The notes under the pieces are model-generated. The model did not search any database, was not told where the DNA came from, and saw nothing but the letters and a program-made list of their open reading frames with translations. Both the position numbers and the translations under genes were made by a program. A stretch of DNA of 64,000 nt, from assembly GCF_018363915.1 (NCBI RefSeq), contig NZ_JAGZMY010000007.1; one strand, given 5' to 3'. This stretch comes from Anaerococcus vaginalis (GTDB lineage Bacteria; Bacillota; Clostridia; Tissierellales; Peptoniphilaceae). This document shows positions 47,885 through 57,862 of the stretch, one piece after another (position 1 is the stretch's first letter; the number at the start of each line of letters is the position of its first letter).

Positions 47885-48105
47885 TAAGAGAAGAATTAAT
47901 TGAATTAGTAAAAGAAAATTTAGATATTAATGAAGATGAAATTGATTTTGAAAAAGAAATCACAGAATATGACATAGATTCAATCGATATGCTTGATTTT
48001 ATTATGGCAATTGAAGATAAGTATGACATAGAATTTTCTGATGACGAATTAGATGAAATCGAAAAATTTTCAGATGTAATATCTTTAATAGAAAGCAAAA
48101 ATTAA
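47881..48105 (+). CDS. acpP: acyl carrier protein
   Basis: 74 aa and acidic. The DSIDMLDF segment carries the phosphopantetheine-attachment Ser. Confidence 0.7.
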   Translation: MIREELIELVKENLDINEDEIDFEKEITEYDIDSIDMLDFIMAIEDKYDIEFSDDELDEIEKFSDVISLIESKN

Positions 48106-48821
48106 TGAAATTAAGTAAAGAAAGATTAGAAAAAATTGAAAAACTTGAAGAGAGTATAGGCTACACTTTTAAAAATAAAAATCTTATTGATGTAGCCCTT
48201 ACTCACTCTTCTTATATTAATGAGAGCAAGGATGAAAATAAATCATCAAACGAAAGATTGGAATTTTTGGGAGATAGCATTCTTGATTTAATTGTAAGCG
48301 AAGAACTTTACAAAAATCACAAAACATATCCAGAAGGAAAATTGACAAAAATAAGATCAAGGATAGTTTGTACTTCATCTTTTTCAAAAGCAAGCGAAAA
48401 ATTTAATTTATCTTCATATTTGTTGTTTGGAAAAGGAGAAGAAAGTCATAACGGTAGAGAAAAAAAATCTGTAAAAGCAGATACTTTTGAGGCTTTTTGT
48501 GCTGCAATTTATCTTGATGCAGGATATGATTTTCTAAAAGATTTTTTAATGAAAAATTATTATGAAATTGTAAAAGAACTTCTAGAAAATGACTTGCTTT
48601 TTATTGATTACAAAACAAAATTACAAGAATATTTTAACAAGACAAACAGAATAATTTTAAAATATAAACTTGTAAAAGAAGAAGGACCAGAGCATAATAA
48701 AACATTTTATATGGAAGTTTCAGCCAAAAATAAAAAACTTAGCACTGGCAAGGGAAAAAATAAAAAGGAAGCTGAACAAATGGCAGCAAGAATCGCTTAT
48801 AAGAAGTTGACAAATGAGTAA
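48105..48821 (+). CDS. rnc: ribonuclease III
   Basis: RNase III signature ERLEFLGDS is present, with a C-terminal dsRBD. Confidence 0.85.
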   Translation: MKLSKERLEKIEKLEESIGYTFKNKNLIDVALTHSSYINESKDENKSSNERLEFLGDSILDLIVSEELYKNHKTYPEGKLTKIRSRIVCTSSFSKASEKFNLSSYLLFGKGEESHNGREKKSVKADTFEAFCAAIYLDAGYDFLKDFLMKNYYEIVKELLENDLLFIDYKTKLQEYFNKTNRIILKYKLVKEEGPEHNKTFYMEVSAKNKKLSTGKGKNKKEAEQMAARIAYKKLTNE

Positions 48822-49890
48822 AAAAGAATATATAATACCAATTTTTATACCATTTTTGGGTTGTCCCCACGATTGTGCTTTTTGCAATCAAGTCAAAATT
48901 ACGAATTATAAGGACAATATAAATAAAGAAAATACTATAAGGCAAATTAATCAATACTTATCATATTTTCCAAAAAATGAAAATCTTAAAGAAATTGCAT
49001 TTTTTGGTGGCTCATTTACAGGTCTTGATGAAAAAGTAATGATTTCTTATCTTGAAATTGCACTTAATTATAAAAAGAAGGGAATTATTGATAGAATCAG
49101 ATTATCCACAAGACCTGATTATATAAATAATTCTATTCTTGATATATTAAAAAAATATGAGGTTGATGTAATTGAACTTGGAATACAATCACTTGATAAT
49201 GAAATATTAAATGCAAATGAGAGAGGTCATAGTAAAGAAGATTCAATTAGGGCAAGCAAATTAATAAAAGATTATGGTTTTAAATTAGGTCATCAAATCA
49301 TGCCTGGTCTTTATAAGGATTCTTTTGATAAAGCTATCAAAACAGGATTAGAGTCTATAAAAATGAATCCTGATATGGTAAGAATATATCCGACTTTGGT
49401 TATAAAAGATACAAAACTTGAAAAATTATATAAAGAAGGTTTATATAAGCCTCTTAGTTTGGATGAAGCTATTGAAATATCTAGTAGGCTTTATATGATT
49501 TATTCATACAAAAAAATTCCAGTAATAAGAATAGGACTTCAACCAACAGAAAATATAAATGAAAAAAAAGATGTTGTTGCAGGGCCTTTTCATCCTTCAA
49601 TTAGACAATTGGTTGAAACAAATATTCACAAAATTTATTTGGAAGAATTAATAAATAAGTATGGGCTAAAAAATAAGATAAAAATTCATATATCAAACAG
49701 AGAAATTTCAATAATAGCTGGAAATAAAAAAGCAAACAAAAATTATTTTTACAAAAAATATGGCTTGGTTATAAACTTTGAAAATGACGAAAATAATTTT
49801 ATAGAGTATGAGGATAAAAAAATATCCTATGATATTGAAGATTTTATGAGAGAATTTGTAGAAAAAACTTACGGTGGTGATTTATATTAG
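48814..49890 (+). CDS. radical SAM protein (rnc-smc linked family)
   Basis: CPHDCAFC (CxxxCxxC) lies near the N-terminus. Confidence 0.7.
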   Translation: MSKKEYIIPIFIPFLGCPHDCAFCNQVKITNYKDNINKENTIRQINQYLSYFPKNENLKEIAFFGGSFTGLDEKVMISYLEIALNYKKKGIIDRIRLSTRPDYINNSILDILKKYEVDVIELGIQSLDNEILNANERGHSKEDSIRASKLIKDYGFKLGHQIMPGLYKDSFDKAIKTGLESIKMNPDMVRIYPTLVIKDTKLEKLYKEGLYKPLSLDEAIEISSRLYMIYSYKKIPVIRIGLQPTENINEKKDVVAGPFHPSIRQLVETNIHKIYLEELINKYGLKNKIKIHISNREISIIAGNKKANKNYFYKKYGLVINFENDENNFIEYEDKKISYDIEDFMREFVEKTYGGDLY

Positions 49891-52800
49891 ATTAGAAAGT
49901 GTTGAACTTAAAGGATTTAAGTCCTTTGCTAATAGGACAAAAATAAAATTTGATAATCAAATAACTGCTGTAGTTGGTCCAAATGGTTCTGGGAAATCAA
50001 ATATAGCAGATGCCATAAAATGGGTTTTAGGTGAACAATCAGTAAAATCTTTGAGAGGAAAGAAGATGGATGATGTAATCTTTCAAGGAGCTGATGACAA
50101 AAAACCTATGAATATGGCGGAAGTAAATCTTTCATTTAATAATAAAGATAGGGCTTTGTCTAGTGACTATGATCTTGTAAAAATTTCTAGAAGAATTTTT
50201 AGAAATGGCGACAATGAATATAGGTTAAATGGAAAAAGAGTAAGACTTAAAGATATAAAAGAATTATTTTTGGATACAGGTATTGGGAAAGAAGGATATT
50301 CTGTAATAGGTCAAGGAAGAATTGATGAAATTTTAAATTCATCAAATCAAGAAAGAAGAAATATTTTTGAAGAAGCAAGTGGTATTGCAACTCACAAATA
50401 TAGAAGAGAAGAATCCCTAAAAAAACTATCTAAGGTTGATGAAGATCTTGAGATAATTCAAAGAGAGTGGGACTACAAAAATAAGGATAAAAATAAGCTT
50501 GAAATTGAAGCGAAAAATTTTGATAAATATATTGAAATTGAAAGCTTGCTTAATGAAAAAGCATATTTATTTTATGCAAATAAATCAAAGTCTTTAAACG
50601 AAAAAAATAAAGATTTAATTGAACAAATTAAAATTTTAAAAAATAATCAAGAAGAAAAAACTAGAGAATTTGATAAAATAAATGAATCATTATTGCCAAT
50701 AGCAGAAAATATCAGAGATTTAGAAAATAAATATAAAAATCTTAACCAAAGTATTTTAGATAATGAAAAAAATATTGATAAGTACACTAATAAGATAAAT
50801 CTTGACAGGCAAAAACTTCTTTATAACAAAAAAGATTTAGAAAGAAATAACAGTGATTTTAAATCTTATGATGAGAAATTTAAAAATTATGAGCTTTCTC
50901 TAAAAAATCAAAAAGATAAGCTTGAAAATACAAAAAATATAATAAAGAATTTAGAAGAAAAAAATAGAAAATTATCAGAGAAAAAAGGTGAAAGTATTGC
51001 ATTATTATCTTCAATACAAAAAGAAATTGAAAGATTAAAAAAAGAAGGCGAAGATTTAAATAAATTAATATATGACTATGATATAGATCAAAAAACAAGA
51101 ACAATTCTTGAAAAACAAAGATTTGAAAATAACAAGATAATCAATGAAAAAATTCAAGAATTAAATTCTGATTTGTCAAATATTAGCAAAGATTTAAATG
51201 AATTGGAAAATGAAAAAGAAAATCTTTCAAAAGATATTGAAGAAAAAAATACAAATCTTGAAAAGATAAAAGAAAAAATTTTAAATGAAATAAATAAAAA
51301 AGATGATTTAGAAAAAGCAATCAACCAAAACAAACTTTCTTGCAAAGAAGAAATATCAAATTATAAGATACAAAAGTCTTTGATGGAAAGAAATGAAGGG
51401 TATTTTTATTCTGTTTCAGATTTTTTGAAAAAAACCAAAAATACAGAGATTGAAAAATTATATATAAATACCCTAGCAAATCTTATAACTGTAAAATCAG
51501 GTTATGAAGAGATAATTGAAAATCTTATAGGTCAAGGGCTTCAAAATATTGTAACATGGTCAAAAAAAGATACTAGGGAGATAATTAATTTTGTAAATAA
51601 AAATAAGCTTGGCAGAATTACATTTTTACCTTTGGATTCAATAAAACAAAATAAAAAAGCTAGAGTTGAAGAAAAAGAAGTTATAGCAATGGCTTATGAT
51701 TTGGTTAGTTTTGATTCGAAACTTGAAAATATTATTAATCATTTTCTTTCAAATACGGTTGTTGTAAAAAATATAGACGATGCTGTAAGCTTATCAAACA
51801 AAATTAAGGGATATAGGATAATTTCTTTAAATCTTGATTTAATTAATACTTGGGGTTCAATGGTTGCCGGAGTTAATAAGGCTAGAAAATCAAATATTAA
51901 TATCCTAAATAGAAATAAAAAAATAAATGAAATTAAGTCTAGGATAAATAAATTAAGAAATGAAAGAAATGACTTATTAGAAAATTATAATTCTTTAAAT
52001 ATAAAATTAGAAGAAAATCAAAGATTAAGGCAAACAAAAGAAGATGAATTAGTAAAAGCTAATGAAAATTTAATAGATATAAGGTCTATTTTTGACAAAA
52101 AAAATTATCAAAAGCAAAGTCTAATTCAAAGAATTGACGAGTTAAAAGAATCTTTGAATGAATTAAAAGAAGAAGAAAATTTCAAAGATATAGAAAAAAT
52201 CAAATTAAAACTTTCAAATGTAAAAAAAGAAGATGAGATTTTAAAGGAAAAATCTATTGAAAATAGCAAACTAATAAATGATTTATCCAACGAAATATTT
52301 AAAAACAAAAATAGTATTGAAATAAATACAAGAGATTTAAATATTTTAGAAAATAGGATAAGTGAAGATGAAAATAGTCTTTTGAATTTGAAACAAAATA
52401 TAGAATTCAATCAAAAGATGAAAAAATCCTTAGAAGAAAGTTTGATAAATTTAGAAAAAGAAATAAGTGCTTGTGAAAATAAAGTTGTAGACACAAAAGA
52501 AAGAGTAAAAGAAGACGAGAAAAATAAAATAAAGATTTCTATGGAAATTGATGAGAAGAAAAACTCTAATCATAAGTTATTATCTCTATCTAAAAATATA
52601 GAAAATGAATTAAATGAATATTCTATGAAAATAGTGAAGTTTAATTACAAACTTGAAGCTATAAGCAAGGATTTGAAAAATTTAGAAGATGAAATTAGAC
52701 CATTTATTTCAAAATCGCTAGAAGATTTAAAAGAAAATAATTACGCAAATTCTTCAAAGCAAATTAAAAAGGAAGAATTATTTAATCTTCAAAAAAAATT

Positions 52801-53407
52801 GACTCAAGTCGGATTTTTTGATGAAAATTCAAAAGAAGATTTTGAAAAAGCCTACAAAGAATTTGAATTTTTAGATAAGCAAAAAATTGACCTTGAAAAG
52901 TCCAAAAAAGATATTGAAAAAATGATAAAAAAACTTGAAGAAGATATGAAAGATGAATTTATCAAAAATTTCAATATAATTGATGAAAAATTCCAAAGGA
53001 TATTTAAGGAATTGTTTATGGGAGGAAAGGCAAAGCTAAGCCTTGATTCAAATGATTTATTAGATGCGGGAATTGATATATCCGCTTGCCCTCCAGGTAA
53101 AAGTACAAAAAATATAAGCTTATTATCTGGTGGGGAAAAATCACTAACGGCTGTGGCTTTATTATTTGCAATATTTGAAACAAATCCTGCTCCATTTTCT
53201 TTATTAGATGAGATTGATGCGGCTATGGACGAATCAAATATAAAAAGATATATAGATTATTTAAAATCCTTATCTGACAAAACTCAATTTATAATGATAA
53301 CTCACAGACAAACTACCATGCAATTGGCAGAAAAAATTCATGGAGTTACAATTGGCGATGGTGGAATTTCAAAAATTTATTCGATAGACTTTGATGATGA
53401 AAAATAG
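49874..53407 (+). CDS. smc: chromosome segregation protein SMC
   Basis: N-terminal Walker A VGPNGSGKSN, long coiled coils, C-terminal LSGGEKSL and Walker B LLDEIDAA. GTG start overlaps the upstream gene. Confidence 0.9.
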   Translation: MVIYIRLESVELKGFKSFANRTKIKFDNQITAVVGPNGSGKSNIADAIKWVLGEQSVKSLRGKKMDDVIFQGADDKKPMNMAEVNLSFNNKDRALSSDYDLVKISRRIFRNGDNEYRLNGKRVRLKDIKELFLDTGIGKEGYSVIGQGRIDEILNSSNQERRNIFEEASGIATHKYRREESLKKLSKVDEDLEIIQREWDYKNKDKNKLEIEAKNFDKYIEIESLLNEKAYLFYANKSKSLNEKNKDLIEQIKILKNNQEEKTREFDKINESLLPIAENIRDLENKYKNLNQSILDNEKNIDKYTNKINLDRQKLLYNKKDLERNNSDFKSYDEKFKNYELSLKNQKDKLENTKNIIKNLEEKNRKLSEKKGESIALLSSIQKEIERLKKEGEDLNKLIYDYDIDQKTRTILEKQRFENNKIINEKIQELNSDLSNISKDLNELENEKENLSKDIEEKNTNLEKIKEKILNEINKKDDLEKAINQNKLSCKEEISNYKIQKSLMERNEGYFYSVSDFLKKTKNTEIEKLYINTLANLITVKSGYEEIIENLIGQGLQNIVTWSKKDTREIINFVNKNKLGRITFLPLDSIKQNKKARVEEKEVIAMAYDLVSFDSKLENIINHFLSNTVVVKNIDDAVSLSNKIKGYRIISLNLDLINTWGSMVAGVNKARKSNINILNRNKKINEIKSRINKLRNERNDLLENYNSLNIKLEENQRLRQTKEDELVKANENLIDIRSIFDKKNYQKQSLIQRIDELKESLNELKEEENFKDIEKIKLKLSNVKKEDEILKEKSIENSKLINDLSNEIFKNKNSIEINTRDLNILENRISEDENSLLNLKQNIEFNQKMKKSLEESLINLEKEISACENKVVDTKERVKEDEKNKIKISMEIDEKKNSNHKLLSLSKNIENELNEYSMKIVKFNYKLEAISKDLKNLEDEIRPFISKSLEDLKENNYANSSKQIKKEELFNLQKKLTQVGFFDENSKEDFEKAYKEFEFLDKQKIDLEKSKKDIEKMIKKLEEDMKDEFIKNFNIIDEKFQRIFKELFMGGKAKLSLDSNDLLDAGIDISACPPGKSTKNISLLSGGEKSLTAVALLFAIFETNPAPFSLLDEIDAAMDESNIKRYIDYLKSLSDKTQFIMITHRQTTMQLAEKIHGVTIGDGGISKIYSIDFDDEK

Positions 53408-53418
53408 AAGGAGAAAAA

Positions 53419-53883
53419 ATGGCAATTAGAAATATAAGACAAGTTGGAGATCCTATTTTAAGAAAAACTTCAAAAGAAGTAAAAGAAGTTAATGATAGAA
53501 TTAAAATTTTATTAGATGATATGGCAGAAACAATGTATAAGGCTGATGGAGTTGGACTTGCAGCACCACAAGTAGGACTTTTAAAAAGAGTTATAGTTGT
53601 GGATGTTAGAGATGAAGACGGTTTGATTAAACTTGTAAATCCAGAAATTATTGAAAAAGATGGAGAACAAGTTGGAGTTGAAGGATGTCTTTCGGTTCCA
53701 AATTTCAATGCAAATGTAAAAAGACCTGCCCATGTTGTTGTAAAATATTTAGACGAAAATGGAGATGAGAAAAAAATAGAAGCTGAAGGCCTAAAAGCTG
53801 TAGCTCTTTGCCATGAAATTGATCATTTAAATGGGATTTTATTTATAGATAATTATGAAGAGGAAGTTAAATTTGACGAATAA
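53419..53883 (+). CDS. def: peptide deformylase
   Basis: Motifs GVGLAAPQ, EGCLS and HEIDH are present. Confidence 0.9.
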   Translation: MAIRNIRQVGDPILRKTSKEVKEVNDRIKILLDDMAETMYKADGVGLAAPQVGLLKRVIVVDVRDEDGLIKLVNPEIIEKDGEQVGVEGCLSVPNFNANVKRPAHVVVKYLDENGDEKKIEAEGLKAVALCHEIDHLNGILFIDNYEEEVKFDE

Positions 53884-54814
53884 AATAAATATATGTTTTA
53901 TGGGAAGTCCAAAGTTTTCGCTAGAAACTTTGGATATTCTTAATAAAAACGAAAATATAAACCTAAGTTTAGTAGTAAGTGGAAAAGATAAAAAAAGAAA
54001 TAGAAATAAATTTAAGCCAACAGTGGTTAAGCAATATGCTTTGGATAATAATATTGAAGTTGTTACTCCAGATAGTGTAAACACAGATGAGTTTATAAAT
54101 TTATTAAAAGAAAAAAATATTGATTATATAGTAGTAGTTGCTTTTGGTCAGTTGATAAAAGAAAAATTATTAGAAGAATATAAAAATAAAATAATCAACT
54201 TGCATCCATCATCTTTACCAAAATACAGAGGCTCTAGTCCAGTACAATTTAGCCTATTAAATGGTGACAAAAAAACTCATGCATCAGCCATGCTTATAGA
54301 AAAAGGAATGGATTCTGGAGATATTATAAATCAAAAAGAAGTTGAAATAAAGGCTGAAGATGATTTTACATCTTTAAGTGAAAAACTATCAAAAATTGGA
54401 AGTGAAGTTATACTTGAGTCTGTATTAAATTATGATGAGTTTATGAAAAATAGAATAAAGCAAGATAATGACAGGGCAACTTTTACAAAAAAAATTACAA
54501 AAGAAATGGGAAAGATTGATTTTAATCAATCAAAAGAAGAAATAATAAATAAAATTAGAGCTTTTGTAGAATTTCCAAAGGCATATTTTTCATATAAAAA
54601 CGAAAATGTAAAAATTTTAAAAGCAAGCCCAGTTGAAATTGAAAATCCAAAAATATCTTTTGTATATAAGGCTAACAAAAGTGATAAAATTATTATTGGC
54701 TGTAAAAATGGCGGGATAAGAATTGAAAAAATTCAATTTCCAGGCAAAAAAGCTATGGATACAAAATCTTTTTTACTTGGAAATGATTTTGAAGAAGGAA
54801 TTTATTTAGGATAA
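53873..54814 (+). CDS. fmt: methionyl-tRNA formyltransferase
   Basis: N-terminal ICFMGSP and the formyltransferase core are present. TTG at 53873 lies 6 nt after GAGGAAG, which I prefer over ATG 53855, which has no RBS. Confidence 0.85.
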   Translation: MTNKINICFMGSPKFSLETLDILNKNENINLSLVVSGKDKKRNRNKFKPTVVKQYALDNNIEVVTPDSVNTDEFINLLKEKNIDYIVVVAFGQLIKEKLLEEYKNKIINLHPSSLPKYRGSSPVQFSLLNGDKKTHASAMLIEKGMDSGDIINQKEVEIKAEDDFTSLSEKLSKIGSEVILESVLNYDEFMKNRIKQDNDRATFTKKITKEMGKIDFNQSKEEIINKIRAFVEFPKAYFSYKNENVKILKASPVEIENPKISFVYKANKSDKIIIGCKNGGIRIEKIQFPGKKAMDTKSFLLGNDFEEGIYLG

Positions 54815-54815
54815 T

Positions 54816-56096
54816 ATGGAAGATTTTAAATTAATATTAGATGGACTTTATAGAATTTCCTACAAAAATGAAAAATCTACAGATATTATTAATGAAATAG
54901 CAAAAAAAGTAGAAGACATTTCCTATATAACAAAAAACATATATGGAGTTTTGGAAAATAAGTTATATCTTGAGTATATTTTGGCAAAATTGTCAAAAAT
55001 AAAAGTAAAAAAATTGGACAAAAAAGTAAAACTTATTTTGTTAATTGGAGTTTATAATATTCATTTTTTAGATAGAAAAAATTATGCAATAGTAAATGAA
55101 TTAGTAAATCTTACCAAAAAAGTTTCTTTTAAATCAAAATCTTTTGTAAATGCTATTTTAAGATCATATATAAGAGATGAAAAAAATTTATCAAAAATAA
55201 ATATAGAAAATGATGAAGAATTTAATTCGATAAAATATTCCATGCCTTTGTGGATTATAAAATATTTAAATGATTCATACGGGAAAGATTATACTCAAAA
55301 ATTTTTAGATTCTTTGAATAAGGAAAGAAAATTATCTATAAGGATAAATAAAACAAAAATCACAAGAGAAAAATTAAAAAATCTTTTGGAAGATAAGGGA
55401 TATATTGTAGAAGACTCTTTGATTTCGACTTTAAGCCTTGTAATTAAAAATCCTAAGTCTTTAGCAAGCACAGAAGAATTTAAAAAAGGATTTTTTACAA
55501 TCCAATCAGAAGCTTCTATAAAAGTTTGTGAGATTCTTAATCCTAAAAAAAATTCAAATATTTTAGATATATGTGCAGCTCCAGGAACAAAGACATCTTT
55601 ATTAGCTGAACTTTGCAACAATTCATCAAAAATAATTGCAAATGATATTTCTTTTAATAAATTATCAAAAATAAATGAAAATATTAAAAGATTAGGACTA
55701 AAAAATATAGAAATTACAAATTTTGATGCTAGTATTTTAAAGGAAGAATACAAAGAAAAATTTGATTATATTTTATGCGATTTGCCATGTTCTGGTCTTG
55801 GGGTTATGGATAGAAAACCAGAGATAAGATATAATAGGACTATGGAAGATGTTATTAGTCTTTCAAAACTTCAAAAAAATATTTTGGATAAGGCTTTTTT
55901 ATATTTAAAAACAGGTGGGATTTTGGTATTTTCTACTTGTACAATTGGAAATATTGAAAATAAAGATAATTTCAATTATTTATCCAAGAAAAAAAGGCTT
56001 AAAAATATAAAAATTAACGGAAAAGATTACTTGGAATTTAATAGTTTTGAAGATAAAACTGATGGATTTTTCTTAACAAAATTTGAAAAGATATGA
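54816..56096 (+). CDS. rsmB: 16S rRNA (cytosine967-C5)-methyltransferase RsmB
   Basis: NusB-like N-terminus plus SAM-MTase motifs (DICAAPGTKT, CDLPCSG). Confidence 0.8.
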   Translation: MEDFKLILDGLYRISYKNEKSTDIINEIAKKVEDISYITKNIYGVLENKLYLEYILAKLSKIKVKKLDKKVKLILLIGVYNIHFLDRKNYAIVNELVNLTKKVSFKSKSFVNAILRSYIRDEKNLSKINIENDEEFNSIKYSMPLWIIKYLNDSYGKDYTQKFLDSLNKERKLSIRINKTKITREKLKNLLEDKGYIVEDSLISTLSLVIKNPKSLASTEEFKKGFFTIQSEASIKVCEILNPKKNSNILDICAAPGTKTSLLAELCNNSSKIIANDISFNKLSKINENIKRLGLKNIEITNFDASILKEEYKEKFDYILCDLPCSGLGVMDRKPEIRYNRTMEDVISLSKLQKNILDKAFLYLKTGGILVFSTCTIGNIENKDNFNYLSKKKRLKNIKINGKDYLEFNSFEDKTDGFFLTKFEKI

Positions 56097-57124
56097 TTAT
56101 GAAACAAACAATAAATGACAAAACTATCAAAGAATTAGAAGAAATTTTTAAAAATTTAGGATTTCAAAAATTTAGGGCAAAACAAGTTTTTAGGCAAATT
56201 CATGTAAATAAAATAAATGATTTTTCTAAAATGACTGATTTGTCAAAAGATATGAGGGAAAAACTAGATCAAATTTTCTATTTTCCAAAGATTAAAATTT
56301 TAAAAGAATTTAAATCTAATTTGGACAAAACAAAAAAATATTTATTTGAACTTGATGATGGAAATATTATTGAAGCTGTTTTTATGGAATACAATAATAG
56401 AAATACAATTTGTATTTCGTCACAAGTAGGATGCAAAATGGGATGCAAATTTTGTGCATCTACTAAAAATGGGCTTGAAAGATCTTTATTAGCATCTGAA
56501 ATAATAGAAGAAATTTATCTTTTAGAAAGAGAAAATTCAGATATTAATAATATTGTTGTCATGGGGATAGGAGAGCCTCTAGACAATTTTTCAAATATAG
56601 AAAAATTTATTAAAATAATTACAGATGACAATGGAAGAAATTTATCTCACAGAGCAATAACAATTTCTACTGTAGGACTTGTTGATAAAATTTATAAGCT
56701 TGCAGATTTGGGATATGATATTAATTTGGCTGTTTCCCTACATTATGCTTTTGATAAAAAAAGAATGGAATATATGCCAAGTGCAAAAAAATATAAAATA
56801 AAAGATATTGTTAAAGCTTGTGATTATTATTTTGAAAAAACAAAAAGAAGAATTTCTTATGAATATGTTGTCATAGATGGGGTAAATAATTTAAAAGAAG
56901 ACATTGATAAATTGGAGAAACTTTTTAAAGGTAAAAATATTCATATAAATCTTATTCCTTTAAATCCAATAGAAGAATTTAAATATTCAAAAACTAAGTC
57001 TAATGTAATGGATCAATTTCAAAAAAAATTATCAACTAAGGGTTTAAATGCAACTATAAGAAGATCAATGGGCTCAGATATTGATGCATCATGTGGACAA
57101 CTTAGAAATAACTATGCGAGGTAG
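56093..57124 (+). CDS. rlmN: 23S rRNA (adenine2503-C2)-methyltransferase RlmN
   Basis: Radical SAM CKMGCKFCAS plus the conserved C-terminal Cys. Confidence 0.85.
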   Translation: MIMKQTINDKTIKELEEIFKNLGFQKFRAKQVFRQIHVNKINDFSKMTDLSKDMREKLDQIFYFPKIKILKEFKSNLDKTKKYLFELDDGNIIEAVFMEYNNRNTICISSQVGCKMGCKFCASTKNGLERSLLASEIIEEIYLLERENSDINNIVVMGIGEPLDNFSNIEKFIKIITDDNGRNLSHRAITISTVGLVDKIYKLADLGYDINLAVSLHYAFDKKRMEYMPSAKKYKIKDIVKACDYYFEKTKRRISYEYVVIDGVNNLKEDIDKLEKLFKGKNIHINLIPLNPIEEFKYSKTKSNVMDQFQKKLSTKGLNATIRRSMGSDIDASCGQLRNNYAR

Positions 57125-57126
57125 AA

Positions 57127-57855
57127 ATGAAATTTAGTACTATTTCAAATATCGGCAAAGTAAGAAGCGAAAATCAGGATTATTATGGAAATCTTGATTT
57201 GGAAAATTATAGTTTTTTTATTGTAGCCGATGGTATGGGTGGATATAATGGAGGAGAAATTGCTTCAAAACTTGCAGCAAAATATTATTTAGAATATATA
57301 AAAAATTCTAATATTAAAGATTTTTCTTCTATTATTGACTTGCAAGAAGGAGCTTTACAAAGTGCAAATGATAAAATTTTTTCTTTATCAAAATCATACG
57401 AAGAATATGCAAATATGGGAACAACTGTAGTTTGTGTTTGCATAGATTATGAAAAAAAATCTTATCATATAACACACATTGGTGATTCTCGATGCTACAT
57501 ATATTCAGATAAAAAATTACAACTTATAACTAGAGATCATTCTTTGGTAAATGATCTTATAGATTCAGGCTCTCTTACAGAAGATGAAGCAGAAAATTTT
57601 GCTAATAAGTCTACTATAACAAGAGCAGTTGGAGTAGGAAGTAAAATCAGACCAGATTCTAGGTCTTTGGATATGAAAGATAGTGATATAATGCTTATGG
57701 TTACTGACGGTTTGACAAATGAAGTTAGTGATGTAGAAATAGAAGCTATTATTGCCAATAATTCTACTGCTGATAAAATTTCATCAAGCCTAGTTGATTT
57801 GGCGATAAAAAATGGTGGACATGATAATATCACTGTAACTACAATTTTGATTTGA
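57127..57855 (+). CDS. PP2C-family Ser/Thr phosphatase
   Basis: PP2C motifs (FIVADGMGG, TDGL) are present. It is paired with the downstream kinase. Confidence 0.8.
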   Translation: MKFSTISNIGKVRSENQDYYGNLDLENYSFFIVADGMGGYNGGEIASKLAAKYYLEYIKNSNIKDFSSIIDLQEGALQSANDKIFSLSKSYEEYANMGTTVVCVCIDYEKKSYHITHIGDSRCYIYSDKKLQLITRDHSLVNDLIDSGSLTEDEAENFANKSTITRAVGVGSKIRPDSRSLDMKDSDIMLMVTDGLTNEVSDVEIEAIIANNSTADKISSSLVDLAIKNGGHDNITVTTILI

Positions 57856-57862
57856 GGTAAGT

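Noticed and set aside
50400-53000. Apparent repetitiveness in the smc central region (many small antisense ORFs, KE-rich).
   Set aside because: This reflects the coiled-coil heptad composition of SMC. It is not a DNA-level tandem repeat or a CRISPR array.
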